From contig DYEP01000186.1 in assembly GCA_020725675.1 (NCBI GenBank), positions 1 through 44,326 of the forward strand: DNA of 44,326 nucleotides, read 5' to 3'. This stretch comes from Symbiobacterium sp. GTDB taxonomy: Bacteria > Bacillota > Sulfobacillia > DUSP01 > DYEP01. Each line of letters opens with the position of its first letter. Position 1 is the stretch's first letter. The notes under the pieces are model-generated. The model was not told where the DNA came from and ran no database searches. It saw only the letters and a program-made list of their open reading frames with translations. Below are positions 27,594 through 38,073 of the stretch, one piece after another. Position numbers and translations under genes: made by a program.

Positions 27594-27628
27594 GAGATAA
27601 GCGCGGCGTCAGCTGCCGCGCTTATCTC
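27594..27628. other. Intra-operon stem-loop after the binding-protein gene
   Basis: Perfect 14-bp stem GAGATAAGCGCGGC/GCCGCGCTTATCTC without a U-tract; a typical position for mRNA-stabilising hairpins. Confidence 0.65.
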
Positions 27629-27647
27629 CAAGACCCGAGGAGGCAAC

Positions 27648-28505
27648 ATGTTTGTCCAACAAGTAATTCAGGGGCTCGCGATAGGGAGTGTGTATGGACT
27701 TATGGCCCTGGGTTACGCGCTGATGTGGCAGGCCTGGGCGGTGCTTGACTTTGCTCGGGGCGAGGCCGCTATGATCGGTGCCTTCTCGATTTTGGTATTT
27801 CATTCGTTTTTCAAGATACCGTTCGTGGCTGCCTTTCCTTTGGCCATAGCAACCAGCGCGATCCTTGGCTATGTGATTCAGTGGCTTGCTTACAGGCCCC
27901 TGATAGGGGGCATACCAATAAACAGGCTCATCGCCACGTTGGGAATGGGAATCTTGCTTCGGAACCTGGCCCGGGTAATTTACGGGGCGGACCCATACCC
28001 GTTTCCCACAGTATTTGGGGACAAACCCGTTTCTATAGGCAATGTGCTTGTGGTACCTCAGAACGTGTGGATTACCGCAATAGGCTTTGCACTAGTAGTA
28101 CTGCTCAGGCTGTTCCTCACCCGCACATACACGGGTAAAGCGATGAGAGCGGCCGCGCAGGACAGGGAAACCGCTGCTCTTATGGGCATCCGGGTGAAGC
28201 AGAGCATGGCATTGACATTTGTGCTTGCGACGTGTCTTGGCGCGATTGCCGGCCTCTTAGTGGCTCCCGTCTATTTCGTCCGGGCAGACATGGGATTGTC
28301 CATCGGCCTTCGAGGCTTTGCATCGGCGGTGCTCGGCGGACTTGACAGCGTAACCGGGGCGATGATAGGAGGACTGCTGCTTGGTGTCACCGAAAACCTG
28401 GCCGCCGGCTATATTTCCTCCGGTTACCAGGCTGCCATTGCATTTTCCATCATGATTCTTATTCTGATTTTCCGTCCCCAGGGCATCATGGGACGGAGAC
28501 TGTAG
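27648..28505 (+). CDS. livH: HAAT ABC transporter permease (LivH-like)
   Basis: GSVYGLMALG, GKAMRAAAQD, VLGGL, FRPQG. Confidence 0.9.
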   Translation: MFVQQVIQGLAIGSVYGLMALGYALMWQAWAVLDFARGEAAMIGAFSILVFHSFFKIPFVAAFPLAIATSAILGYVIQWLAYRPLIGGIPINRLIATLGMGILLRNLARVIYGADPYPFPTVFGDKPVSIGNVLVVPQNVWITAIGFALVVLLRLFLTRTYTGKAMRAAAQDRETAALMGIRVKQSMALTFVLATCLGAIAGLLVAPVYFVRADMGLSIGLRGFASAVLGGLDSVTGAMIGGLLLGVTENLAAGYISSGYQAAIAFSIMILILIFRPQGIMGRRL

Positions 28506-28517
28506 GAGGTGAAGGAC

Positions 28518-29507
28518 ATGAAAAACCTCTATAGGAAGTACAGGACGGTAGCATTGCTTCTGTTGGCATACGCCGTTCCTGTGCTCACACGTGATCCGTA
28601 TGTCCTCCACCTGGCAAACATGGCCTGCATTTTCGCCATACTGACGCTATCTCTTAATATTCTCACGGGCTTCACAGGGCAGTTCTCAGTCGGCCATGCC
28701 GCTTTTTACGGGATAGGCGCATACACCTCCAGCCTGCTGGCTGTCAAGGCAGGGGCGCCGGTGTGGCTTGGATTCCTGGCCGCCCCGGTGGTTGCCGCTG
28801 TATTTGGCATACTGCTTGGACTGCCCACGTTGAGACTCAGGGGATTCTACCTCGGAGTGGTCACGCTCGGGTTTGGAGAAATCATGTACCAGGTATTTGT
28901 GAACTGGATATCGCTTACGAACGGCCCTAAGGGGTTGACCGGGGTGCCCGCACCGCGCATCGGTTCAATCGTGCTGGATACCTACGGCAGCTACTATTTT
29001 CTTTCTATCACGCTACTTGTGCTTACCATTGTCGTTGCGTACAGGCTGCTTTATTCTCGTGTAGGCAGGGCGCTGCTGGCTATTAGGGAGAACGAGACGG
29101 CTGCGGAAGCTATGGGGATTAACTCCACGTACTACAAGGTGATGGCATTTTGCGTCAGCGCCGCGCTGGCAGGTATGGCGGGAGCGCTGTATGCTCATGA
29201 GATCATGTTCGTCAGCCCCGAGTCTTTCGTGAATGCCGAGTCCGTGTCTATACTCAGTATGATGGTAGTGGGGGGCATAGGCAGCATCCCTGGATCCGTA
29301 GTGGGGGCTATCACTCTGACTCTCGTACCCGAGTATCTCAGGTCATTCGGAGACCTGAGGCTGGTGGTTTACGGCCTGGCCATCGTGCTCATGGTAATCT
29401 ACTCTCCCCAGGGTATCGGTGGTTGGATCACCAGAGTAGATCAGTATTTGTCGGGAACTGCAATCAGGAAACCGGTAAGAGGAGGTGTGGAACGTGGCGC
29501 TGCTTGA
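28518..29507 (+). CDS. livM: HAAT ABC transporter permease (LivM-like)
   Basis: GFTGQFSVGHAAF, LRLRG.YL...TLGFGE, GRALLAIRENE, GGIGS. Confidence 0.9.
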   Translation: MKNLYRKYRTVALLLLAYAVPVLTRDPYVLHLANMACIFAILTLSLNILTGFTGQFSVGHAAFYGIGAYTSSLLAVKAGAPVWLGFLAAPVVAAVFGILLGLPTLRLRGFYLGVVTLGFGEIMYQVFVNWISLTNGPKGLTGVPAPRIGSIVLDTYGSYYFLSITLLVLTIVVAYRLLYSRVGRALLAIRENETAAEAMGINSTYYKVMAFCVSAALAGMAGALYAHEIMFVSPESFVNAESVSILSMMVVGGIGSIPGSVVGAITLTLVPEYLRSFGDLRLVVYGLAIVLMVIYSPQGIGGWITRVDQYLSGTAIRKPVRGGVERGAA

Positions 29508-30255
29508 GACTCAAGGCCTGTCCATATCCTTTGGAGGAGTGCACGCTGTCCAAGGGGTAGACCTCCAGGTCGAAAAGGGCGAGATCTTTACTATCATCGG
29601 TCCCAACGGAGCCGGAAAGACCACGTTCTTCAATCTCGTCACCGGATATTACAAGGCAAACAGCGGACGGGTGATTTTCAAGGGCGATGACATTACGCAT
29701 CTTGCCCCATACCACAGAACGAAAAAAGGCATAGGAAGGTCGTTTCAGGTCCTCATGCTGTTTCGCGACATGACTGTGTTAGACAATGCAATGGTTGGCT
29801 TGCACTGCAGGCTCAAGTCCAATCTTGCTGGCGCGCTACTTCGAACTTCCGCGACCGTCAGAGAGGAAGCGGAGGGACGAGAGAAAGTTCGGCAGCTGCT
29901 GCACTTCGTCGGTCTTGACGGAAAAGAACACGAGATGGCAAAGAACCTATCGTACGGGCAGCAGAAACGGCTTGACATAGCGCGCGCCCTGGCCACCGAC
30001 CCGGAGATCCTGCTGCTTGATGAACCCGCGGCTGGTCTTAACACGCAGGACCTGGCAAGCCTTACAGACATGATACAGCGCATTCGGGACAGAGGTATTA
30101 CCGTCCTGCTTATCGAGCACAAGATGGATCTGGTGATGAGCATATCAGATCGTATCATGGTCTTAAACTTCGGCAAGAAGATTGCCGAGGGCACGCCGGA
30201 CGAGGTCAGGCAGAACGAAGCGGTAATAGAGGCCTACCTCGGAAAGGAGGAATAA
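29494..30255 (+). CDS. livG: HAAT ABC transporter ATP-binding protein (LivG-like)
   Basis: GPNGAGKT, LSYGQQ, LLLDEPAAG, IEHKM, VIEAYLG. Confidence 0.93.
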   Translation: MALLETQGLSISFGGVHAVQGVDLQVEKGEIFTIIGPNGAGKTTFFNLVTGYYKANSGRVIFKGDDITHLAPYHRTKKGIGRSFQVLMLFRDMTVLDNAMVGLHCRLKSNLAGALLRTSATVREEAEGREKVRQLLHFVGLDGKEHEMAKNLSYGQQKRLDIARALATDPEILLLDEPAAGLNTQDLASLTDMIQRIRDRGITVLLIEHKMDLVMSISDRIMVLNFGKKIAEGTPDEVRQNEAVIEAYLGKEE

Positions 30256-30258
30256 CGG

Positions 30259-30993
30259 TTGCTCGAGCTTAAGAACGTACACACCTTCTATGGTGTGGTG
30301 GAGGCTTTGCGGGGCATCTCGCTCACCGTGAATGAGGGTGAGATCGTCACCCTGATCGGTGCCAACGGGGCCGGAAAGACCACCACGCTCAAGACCATTA
30401 CCTCCTCGGTCAGGGCAGCCTCCGGCGAGATCCACTTTGACGGCAAGAGAATCGACAGGCTTCCTGAAGACGAGATAGTGAAGATGGGAATATCGCTGGT
30501 ACCGGAAGGCAGGCGGGTGTTTCCCCGCATGACAGTTCTTGAGAACCTGGAGATGGGCGCATACGTCCGAAGGTTTGACCGGGCAGGTATTTTGGCTGAT
30601 TTGAAGAAGATGTATGCATTGTTTCCCAGGTTGGAGGAGAGAAAGAACCAGCGCGCGGAAACGCTTTCAGGAGGCGAACAGCAGATGCTGGCTATTGCGC
30701 GCGCTCTCATGTCACGACCGCGGCTTCTTATGCTTGATGAGCCCTCCATGGGGCTTGCACCGTTAGTCGTAAAAGGGATTTTCGATATCATCAAAGAGAT
30801 TAATGAAGCGGGTACGACGGTGCTGCTTGTCGAGCAGAATGCCCGAATGGCGTTGAAGGCCGCGAACCGTGGCTACGTCATCAGGACGGGGGAGATTGTC
30901 AAGGAAGGCGACGCAAAAAGCCTCACTGAGGATCCAGCAATCCGTGCGGCTTACCTGGGGGAAAAGGTATATGGTAAAGGTGAAGCACAGTAG
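30259..30993 (+). CDS. livF: HAAT ABC transporter ATP-binding protein (LivF-like)
   Basis: GANGAGKT, VPEGRR, LSGGEQQM, LDEPSMGLAP, VEQNA. Confidence 0.93.
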   Translation: MLELKNVHTFYGVVEALRGISLTVNEGEIVTLIGANGAGKTTTLKTITSSVRAASGEIHFDGKRIDRLPEDEIVKMGISLVPEGRRVFPRMTVLENLEMGAYVRRFDRAGILADLKKMYALFPRLEERKNQRAETLSGGEQQMLAIARALMSRPRLLMLDEPSMGLAPLVVKGIFDIIKEINEAGTTVLLVEQNARMALKAANRGYVIRTGEIVKEGDAKSLTEDPAIRAAYLGEKVYGKGEAQ

Positions 30994-31216
30994 TTAAGAG
31001 CGCACTGGGAGGTGGGATGCAGTCATAACTGCTTTGTGACGTGTGAAAAGACCATAGGGCTGACATTGTGTATGCGTCACAGGTGCAGTGTACCCAATGG
31101 GGCCACAGGACGCAAATAACCGGTTAGTTAGAGCTTAGGCAAATATGCTAAGAGAACTATCAAGTATCGCAGTGTGAGATGCCAAAACTGCCAAGTTACA
31201 AGAAGGAGTGTTGGAA

Positions 31217-32161
31217 TTGGGAAGGCAAAAGACCATCGTCGTAGCCCTAGGAGGCAATGCTATTCTTCAGCCGGGCCAGAAGGGGACCGCTGAGGAACAG
31301 CTCCGAAACGTGGACGCAACTGCAAAACAGATCGCCCAACTCATAGCAAGCGGGTACCGCGTGGTTATCACTCACGGGAACGGGCCTCAAGTAGGAAACC
31401 TGCTTATTCAACACGAAGCGGGGTCCTCTCAGGTGCCTGCTTTGCCGCTTGATGTATGCGGAGCCCAATCGCAGGGACAAATAGGGTATATGATGCAGCA
31501 GTGCCTGGGTAAACGACTGAAGGAAATGGGAATCGAAAAGCCGGTTGTCACTGTTGTTACCCAGATGATCGTCAGTAAGGACGACCCGGCATTCGCAAAG
31601 CCATCAAAGCCCGTCGGCCCCTTCTACACAGAAGAACAGGCGAGGTTGCGCATGGAACAAAAAGGCGAGACTTGGGTGGAAGACGCTGGCAGGGGCTGGC
31701 GCAAAGTGGTGCCATCTCCTGACCCCATAAGCATGGTAGAGAAAGAGGCTATCTTGGCCCTGGTTGAAAGCGGAGTAGTAGTCATCGCCAACGGCGGAGG
31801 CGGTATCCCCGTGGTCCAGAAAGATGGCTACTACGAGGGGGTTGAAGCCGTTATCGACAAGGACCTGGGCGGGCAGCGCCTTGCCATGGATGTAGGGGCA
31901 GATATGTTTGTCATCCTCACTGATGTGGATAAAGTAGCTTTGCACTACAAAACTCCGGAGCAAGTGAACCTCGACCAGATGACGCTGGCGGAGGTAGAGA
32001 AATATCAAAAGGAAGGCCATTTCAAGGCCGGCAGCATGGGTCCCAAGGTGGAGGCGTGCCGAAGGTTTGTGGCTGCGGGCGGAGAGGTGGCGATTATTGC
32101 CTCACTCGATACTGCAATTGATGCGATTAACGGAAGAGCTGGAACCAGGATAGTCAGATAA
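31217..32161 (+). CDS. arcC: Carbamate kinase
   Basis: [46 protein letters not shown]. Start is approximate (31208-31217). Confidence 0.96.
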   Translation: MGRQKTIVVALGGNAILQPGQKGTAEEQLRNVDATAKQIAQLIASGYRVVITHGNGPQVGNLLIQHEAGSSQVPALPLDVCGAQSQGQIGYMMQQCLGKRLKEMGIEKPVVTVVTQMIVSKDDPAFAKPSKPVGPFYTEEQARLRMEQKGETWVEDAGRGWRKVVPSPDPISMVEKEAILALVESGVVVIANGGGGIPVVQKDGYYEGVEAVIDKDLGGQRLAMDVGADMFVILTDVDKVALHYKTPEQVNLDQMTLAEVEKYQKEGHFKAGSMGPKVEACRRFVAAGGEVAIIASLDTAIDAINGRAGTRIVR

Positions 32162-32167
32162 TGAAAG

Positions 32168-32200
32168 GGAGGAGGGGCGCTGGGAATGCGTCCCTTCTTC
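32168..32200 (+). terminator. Stem-loop after carbamate kinase
   Basis: GGAGGAGGGGCGC...GCGTCCCTTCTTC, imperfect and with G-U pairs. Confidence 0.4.
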
Positions 32201-32277
32201 AGATTCGTCTTTGGCCCTTAATTTACATAGACAATCAGCGTGTCAGCAAGGCCTGGCGCCGGAAGGAGCGGTCGACG

Positions 32278-33636
32278 ATGTATGACTATTTGATTTACGG
32301 AGGTCTGGTTGTAACGGGATCTACAATTGTGAGGGCGGACGTGGCTGTCCGGGATGGGCGCATCGAACACATCGCTCCTGAAATCGACAGAAGTTCATCC
32401 GCGAAGCACTTCGACGCTACCGGTAAGCTGGTGCTCCCAGGAGTGATTGATGTACACTCTCACCCTGTTTACGAAGACAGGATTGGCAATACCTCCATCG
32501 CTGCGGCGTTTGGTGGAGTCACTCACACGATTCACTACGCCTATGTCAAGCCCGGTCAGCCTGTGATAGACACATTGAAGCGCTTTCAGGACGAAGGATT
32601 GGCCGACTCAGTGGTGGATTTCAGCCTGCACGCAGGTTTCTTTGACGCACCTAACCAGGTTCCCCTGATACCTGAGATGTTTAAGATGGGAATCACGTCG
32701 GGCAAGCTCTTCATGACATACGCCAAGCTGAAGTGGATGAGTGACGATTACTGGTTGATGGCTGCGGCGGACATACTGGCCAAAGAAGGTGGCCTCCTCA
32801 TGGTACACGCGGAGAACGGCTTGGCCACGGACTACCTGGAGGATAAGTACTTAAAAGAAGGCAAATCCATAATGGATGTCTTTCTTGATACGCGGCCTGA
32901 CCTACTGGAGGCTGAAGCCATTAACCGGGCCACGCGAATTGCCCAGGTTGCCGGCTGCCCAATTTACATCGTGCACAACACCGCTGCGCTGAACCTTGAT
33001 GTGATCAGGCGCATTCGCGGGGAGGGCTACCGCATGTACACTGAAACCTGCCCGCAGTACTTATGTTTAAACGATGAGGTCTATGCGAGGTTTGGAGCGA
33101 GGGCAAAGGTCGGTCCGCCCATTAGGAGGGAGACAGACAGGCTGGCGCTCTGGGAAGGGTTAAAAGATGGTAGTATCGACACCATAGCCAGCGATCACGC
33201 AGCCAAGTCCAAACAGCCTGATGACGATTTCTTCCAGGCCCCCTTCGGTGCCCCCCAGGTGGAGACCTCACTGACTGTTTGCTATGATGAGGGGGTCAAC
33301 AAGGGCAGGATCCCGGTGACCCGTCTTGTGAAGGTTATGAGCGAAAATCCGGCCCGAATTTTCGGTCTGTATCCGCATAAAGGCACTGTGCAGGTAGGAA
33401 GTGACGCCGACATCGTGGTGTTCGATCCGCACCTGAGGCATAAGATTACCGACGAAACGCAGAAAACGAAGGCGGGCTACACACTATACCATGATCGTGA
33501 AGTCCTGGGCAAACCCGTGTTTTCTATGCAACGGGGCCGGGAATTGCTGCGGGACGGAGAAATCGTTGCAAGACCCGGCTGCGCCAAGTTTTATCCAACC
33601 CGTGCAGGCCAGGTAGACATTGATGCGTTAGTTTAA
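32278..33636 (+). CDS. Cyclic amidohydrolase, dihydropyrimidinase/D-hydantoinase-like
   Basis: PGVIDVHSH, GGVT, carboxylated-Lys KLFMTY, VHAEN, YIVH, ETCPQYL, ASDH, NPARIFGLYPHKG, GSDAD. Confidence 0.88.
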   Translation: MYDYLIYGGLVVTGSTIVRADVAVRDGRIEHIAPEIDRSSSAKHFDATGKLVLPGVIDVHSHPVYEDRIGNTSIAAAFGGVTHTIHYAYVKPGQPVIDTLKRFQDEGLADSVVDFSLHAGFFDAPNQVPLIPEMFKMGITSGKLFMTYAKLKWMSDDYWLMAAADILAKEGGLLMVHAENGLATDYLEDKYLKEGKSIMDVFLDTRPDLLEAEAINRATRIAQVAGCPIYIVHNTAALNLDVIRRIRGEGYRMYTETCPQYLCLNDEVYARFGARAKVGPPIRRETDRLALWEGLKDGSIDTIASDHAAKSKQPDDDFFQAPFGAPQVETSLTVCYDEGVNKGRIPVTRLVKVMSENPARIFGLYPHKGTVQVGSDADIVVFDPHLRHKITDETQKTKAGYTLYHDREVLGKPVFSMQRGRELLRDGEIVARPGCAKFYPTRAGQVDIDALV

Positions 33637-33660
33637 ATGCACACGCATAACAGGCATATT

Positions 33661-33693
33661 GAGGCAGGCGGTAGTGCCGCCTGTCTTGTTCTT
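33661..33693 (+). terminator. Terminator after the amidohydrolase
   Basis: GAGGCAGGCGG...CCGCCTGTCTT followed by GTTCTT. Confidence 0.6.
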
Positions 33694-33816
33694 ATGCGCT
33701 CGGGATGGAAGTATGAATATCCATGAGGTCGGGGGGTCCGGGGCACAGCCGAGGGGGAAAGATGCAGTGAGTGTAGAAAATAACTAGCAAGAAATACTTG
33801 AGCTGAGGAGGTTTAC

Positions 33817-35340
33817 ATGGGTCCCGTCATTTTAAACGGAACGAGCCTGACTCTAGCGGAGATAAAGGACGTGGCCAGATCCGGCAGAACAGTCTGTGTT
33901 GATCCAGAGGCCCTGACCCGGGTAACCCGATCCCGGAACGTGCTGGAGCGCTACCTCCAGGACAACCGGGCTGTCTATGGAATCACAACGGGGTTTGGTA
34001 TGTTTGCAAACCGCACTATTTCCAGAGAGCAGCTCAGGCAACTGCAGGCGAACCTGATCAGATCCCATTCGGTGGCGACAGGAACACTCTTTCCTGACGA
34101 CATTGTGAGAGGTGCTATGCTACTCAGGGCTAACACTTTTGCCAAAGGGTATTCCGGAGTGAGACCTGAGGTACTGGAACAGCTGGTTCAGGCCTTGAAT
34201 AGGGGCGTATTACCGTGCGTATTTGAGAAAGGTTCGCTTGGCGCAAGCGGAGATCTCGCGCCTTTGGCTCATATGGCGCTTGCGCTGATGGGGGAGGGTA
34301 GGGCGAAGTTTGGCGGCCAAGAAATGGAAGCAGCTGAAGCGCTAAAACTTGCGGGTATGACTCCTTTGACGTATGAAGCCAAGGAAGGGCTCGCGCTGAT
34401 CAACGGTACCCAGTTTATGACGTCTTCCGGTGCGCTTTCGGTACTGGATGCAGAAACCATTATGAAGACTGCGGAAATCACAAGTGCGCTCACGCTTGAG
34501 GTATTGCGGGGTATCCCGGCGCCTTTTGAAGATCGAATACACAGGTTAAGACCGCATCCTGGTCAACTGCGCTCAGCTTTCAATCTTCGCCGACTCCTTG
34601 AGGGTAGCGAATTGGTTACCGAGCCTGGGGAGGTTCGGGTGCAGGACGCCTATACCTTGCGGTGCATCCCTCAGGTCCATGGTGCTTCGTGGGACGCACT
34701 CGAGTACGTAACCAAGGTGATTGAAGTAGAGATCAACTCGGCTACCGACAACCCGCTGGTATTTCCCGAACATGGAGACACGGTATCCGGCGGGAACTTT
34801 CATGGCCAGCCTATCGCCCTGGCACTGGACTTTCTAGCCATCGCCGTTTCGGAAATAGCCAACATCAGCGAGAGGCGGATAGAACGCCTGCTCAACCCCA
34901 GCCTGAGTGCTCTTCCTGCGTTTCTCACCGTCAACGGAGGGCTTGAATCAGGTTACATGATTGCGCAGTATACCGCTGCTGCGCTCGTGTCTGAGAACAA
35001 GGTGCTCGCATCGCCTGCATCGGTTGACTCTATACCAGTGTCGGCGAACCAGGAGGATCACGTGAGCATGGGAAGCATTTCAGCGCGTAAACTCCGTGAG
35101 ATCATTTCAAATACCATGACTGTGTTGGCGATTGAACTCATGTGCGGGTGCCAGGCGCGGGATCTTGGCCAAAAAGGCCGGATGGGCGTCGGAACCAGCA
35201 AGGCGTACGATCTTGTGCGGCAGCACTTGCCACCGCTTGATAGAGACAGGGTACTGCACAACGACGTGGAGACTGTCCGCCGGTTGGTCTCATCGGGCGA
35301 AGTGGTCAGAGTTGTAGAGGAGTGTACTGGTAAGCTGTAG
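33817..35340 (+). CDS. hutH: Histidine ammonia-lyase
   Basis: [13 protein letters not shown] (HAL-type SH), MIO-forming [34 protein letters not shown]. Confidence 0.96.
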   Translation: MGPVILNGTSLTLAEIKDVARSGRTVCVDPEALTRVTRSRNVLERYLQDNRAVYGITTGFGMFANRTISREQLRQLQANLIRSHSVATGTLFPDDIVRGAMLLRANTFAKGYSGVRPEVLEQLVQALNRGVLPCVFEKGSLGASGDLAPLAHMALALMGEGRAKFGGQEMEAAEALKLAGMTPLTYEAKEGLALINGTQFMTSSGALSVLDAETIMKTAEITSALTLEVLRGIPAPFEDRIHRLRPHPGQLRSAFNLRRLLEGSELVTEPGEVRVQDAYTLRCIPQVHGASWDALEYVTKVIEVEINSATDNPLVFPEHGDTVSGGNFHGQPIALALDFLAIAVSEIANISERRIERLLNPSLSALPAFLTVNGGLESGYMIAQYTAAALVSENKVLASPASVDSIPVSANQEDHVSMGSISARKLREIISNTMTVLAIELMCGCQARDLGQKGRMGVGTSKAYDLVRQHLPPLDRDRVLHNDVETVRRLVSSGEVVRVVEECTGKL

Positions 35341-35356
35341 AAAGGAGGTTTTTCGT

Positions 35357-36994
35357 TTGGACATCAAAGCTCCCAGAGGAACCATGATTACCTGCAAAGG
35401 GTGGCAGCAAGAAGCTGCCATGCGAATGCTCATGAATAACCTGGACCCTGAGGTGGCTGAAAGGCCGGAAGACCTTGTGGTGTACGGAGGGACCGGGAAG
35501 GCGGCGAGGAACTGGGAAGCATATCACCGGATAGTCAACAGTTTGCGCCAGCTGGAGAGCGATGAGACACTGCTTGTGCAGTCAGGCAAGCCTGTCGGAG
35601 TGGTGCGCACACATGAGGATGCACCGAGAGTACTCATCTCCAACGCGATGCTGGTACCGGCGTGGGCGAACTGGGATACGTTCCGGGAGCTTGAGTTGAA
35701 GGGCCTCACTATGTACGGCCAGATGACTGCGGGCAGCTGGATCTATATAGGTACTCAGGGGATTATACAGGGCACTTATGAAACTCTGGCGGAGCTGGCC
35801 AGGCAGCACTTCGGTGGGACCCTGAAAGGGCGGCTTGTAGTTACCGCGGGCCTTGGCGGAATGGGTGGAGCCCAGCCGCTGGCGGTGACGATGAACGAAG
35901 GTGTGGTCATAGCGGTGGAGGTGGACGAAAAACGCATAGAACGGCGGGTAAGGACGGGCTACTGCGATACTCAGACCGCGGACGTGGACGAGGCGGTCAG
36001 AATGGCCGAACAGGCTGTCAAGGAAGGCAAGCCACTTTCCATCGCATTACTGGGCAATGCTGCCAACATGTTACCCGAGCTACTTATGCGGGGGATAAGG
36101 GTCGATGTGGTAACAGACCAGACCTCCGCCCACGATATACTCAATGGGTATATACCCGCAGGGATGTCTCTGGATGAAGCGGAGGCGCTCAGACGCTCTG
36201 ATCCGGCGCAGTATATCGAGCGGGCCAAGGAAAGCGTGGCGCTGCACGTACAATCAATGCTGGACTTCAAGAGGCGCGGCGCTGTAGTATTCGATTACGG
36301 AAACAACATCAGGAAGCAGGCGTACGAGGCAGGGGTAAAAGAAGCATTTGAAATACCCGGATTCGTTCCAGCGTTCATAAGGCCTATGTTCTGCGAGGGG
36401 AAAGGCCCGTTCAGGTGGGTCGCACTCTCGGGGGACCCCGAGGACATATACAAGACAGACAGGGCTGTGCTCGAAGAATTCCCGGAGGACGAGGCGCTTT
36501 CGCGCTGGATCAGCATGGCACAGAAGCGTATCCGGTTCCAGGGGCTCCCTGCACGGATCTGCTGGCTCGGGTACGGTGAAAGGGAACGCTTCGGCTTGCG
36601 GCTGAACAACATGGTTAAAAGAGGGGAACTGTCTGCTCCCATTGTGATAGGCAGGGATCACCTCGACACTGGTTCAGTGGCCTCGCCCTTCCGCGAGACC
36701 GAAGGCATGAAAGATGGTAGTGACGCCATAGCCGACTGGCCTATATTGAACGCCCTCGCCAACACTGCTTGCGGCGCGAGCTGGGTGTCAGTACACCACG
36801 GTGGCGGAGTTGGCATCGGCTATTCTATCCATGCGGGCATGGTAGTTGTGGCGGATGGCACCGACTCCATGGCGAGGCGGCTATCAAGGGTCCTGACTGC
36901 GGACCCAGGGATTGGGGTGATGAGACACGCTGACGCCGGCTATGATAAGGCGCTTTGGGTGGCAAGGGAGCGCGGCGTCAAGATTCCCAAATAG
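35357..36994 (+). CDS. hutU: Urocanate hydratase
   Basis: [53 protein letters not shown]. Confidence 0.97.
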   Translation: MDIKAPRGTMITCKGWQQEAAMRMLMNNLDPEVAERPEDLVVYGGTGKAARNWEAYHRIVNSLRQLESDETLLVQSGKPVGVVRTHEDAPRVLISNAMLVPAWANWDTFRELELKGLTMYGQMTAGSWIYIGTQGIIQGTYETLAELARQHFGGTLKGRLVVTAGLGGMGGAQPLAVTMNEGVVIAVEVDEKRIERRVRTGYCDTQTADVDEAVRMAEQAVKEGKPLSIALLGNAANMLPELLMRGIRVDVVTDQTSAHDILNGYIPAGMSLDEAEALRRSDPAQYIERAKESVALHVQSMLDFKRRGAVVFDYGNNIRKQAYEAGVKEAFEIPGFVPAFIRPMFCEGKGPFRWVALSGDPEDIYKTDRAVLEEFPEDEALSRWISMAQKRIRFQGLPARICWLGYGERERFGLRLNNMVKRGELSAPIVIGRDHLDTGSVASPFRETEGMKDGSDAIADWPILNALANTACGASWVSVHHGGGVGIGYSIHAGMVVVADGTDSMARRLSRVLTADPGIGVMRHADAGYDKALWVARERGVKIPK

Positions 36995-37007
36995 CATGGG
37001 CTAAGAA

Positions 37008-37050
37008 ACACCCCCCTCCCGGCCCCGCAGGGCCGGATGGAGGGGGGTGT
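37008..37050. terminator. Hairpin between convergent hutU and rnfD
   Basis: ACACCCCCCTCC...GGAGGGGGGTGT with an inner GGCCC/GGGCC stem. Confidence 0.7.
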
Positions 37051-37064
37051 GATGTGTGCAGATT

Positions 37065-38057
37065 CTATTTCGATACTGTCTTGATCCGGATGACCGGGAT
37101 CCGCGCTTCGACGATCTGACCGAACTTCCTGGGCCGTGTCAGCGCGTCGATAAGCGGGACCAGCGGATTCATCAGCAATATGCTGAAAGCCACACCTTCC
37201 GGCGCTGCTTGGTACAGTCTGATCAGCGCCACGAGGATGCCCATGCCTATTCCGAAGATGATCTTACCTGCATCTGTAATGGGCGTAGTCACCCAGTCGG
37301 TGGCCATGAAGAACGAACCGAATACAAGCCCCCCTGCCAGTACGTGATAGAAGGGGTTCGAGCCCAGCAGCATGGTAAGGGCGAACACCGTTCCAATAGC
37401 GAACACAGGCGTTCTCCAGTTGATGTGTCCTTTAAACAGCAGGTAAAGCCCTCCGATCAGCACAGCGAGGACGGATGACTCGGCCATGCTGCCTCCAGGG
37501 TGGGCGATGAACAGGGCAGAGTAACTGGGCAGGAGCTGACCTTGGCCCAGTTTCAGCAGAGCGAGCGGGGTTGCTCCGCTGGTTACGTCTATGATCCCGA
37601 ACCGCAGGTGAAGAGGGGCCATGTCGGCATTGAGCCAGACGAACGCCGGCGCTAGAATGATCAGCGCGACTCGCCCAAATACGGCCGGGTTGAACAGATT
37701 CCATCCCAGTCCACCGCACATTTCTTTTGCTACACCCACTGCCAGGAAGGTACCGATCACTGCGAGCCACCATGGAAACGTGGGCGGCAGCGCCAGTGCA
37801 AGGAGCGTACCGGTAACGAACGCGCTAAGGTCCTCCAGGGAATGGGGCTTACCCATGAGTTTCCTCATGCCCCAAGCTGTACACGCGGCCGTGACGTTGC
37901 AGACAATCAGGATGAATATGGCGTTCAACCGGTAGAAAATGATGGAGACGATGATTATAGGTACCAGCGCCAACAGTACATCGCGCATAGCCCGTGTTAC
38001 AGTGTCTCCTGAGTTTAGGTGAGGAGGTGGGGAGTAGAGCAGATCAGGCTTTTCCAT
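37065..38057 (-). CDS. rnfD: RnfD/NqrB family membrane flavoprotein
   Basis: PPHL start, KEMCGGLGWNLFNPA, covalent-FMN motif SGATPL (37569-37580), GSMAE, FFMATD, PEGVAFSILLMN. Confidence 0.93.
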   Translation of the reverse strand: MEKPDLLYSPPPHLNSGDTVTRAMRDVLLALVPIIIVSIIFYRLNAIFILIVCNVTAACTAWGMRKLMGKPHSLEDLSAFVTGTLLALALPPTFPWWLAVIGTFLAVGVAKEMCGGLGWNLFNPAVFGRVALIILAPAFVWLNADMAPLHLRFGIIDVTSGATPLALLKLGQGQLLPSYSALFIAHPGGSMAESSVLAVLIGGLYLLFKGHINWRTPVFAIGTVFALTMLLGSNPFYHVLAGGLVFGSFFMATDWVTTPITDAGKIIFGIGMGILVALIRLYQAAPEGVAFSILLMNPLVPLIDALTRPRKFGQIVEARIPVIRIKTVSK

Positions 38058-38073
38058 AACATTAACCCCCCTT

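Noticed and set aside
31135-31153. Sigma-54 promoter upstream of carbamate kinase (TAGGCAAATATGCT)
   Set aside because: GG-to-GC spacing is 7 nt rather than the required 10.
32278-33636. Calling the amidohydrolase pyrC, allB or hutI
   Set aside because: It lacks the H-x-R dihydroorotase motif (it has HSHP). KLFMTY, HAEN and ETCPQYL fit the dihydropyrimidinase/hydantoinase group, so the substrate is left open.
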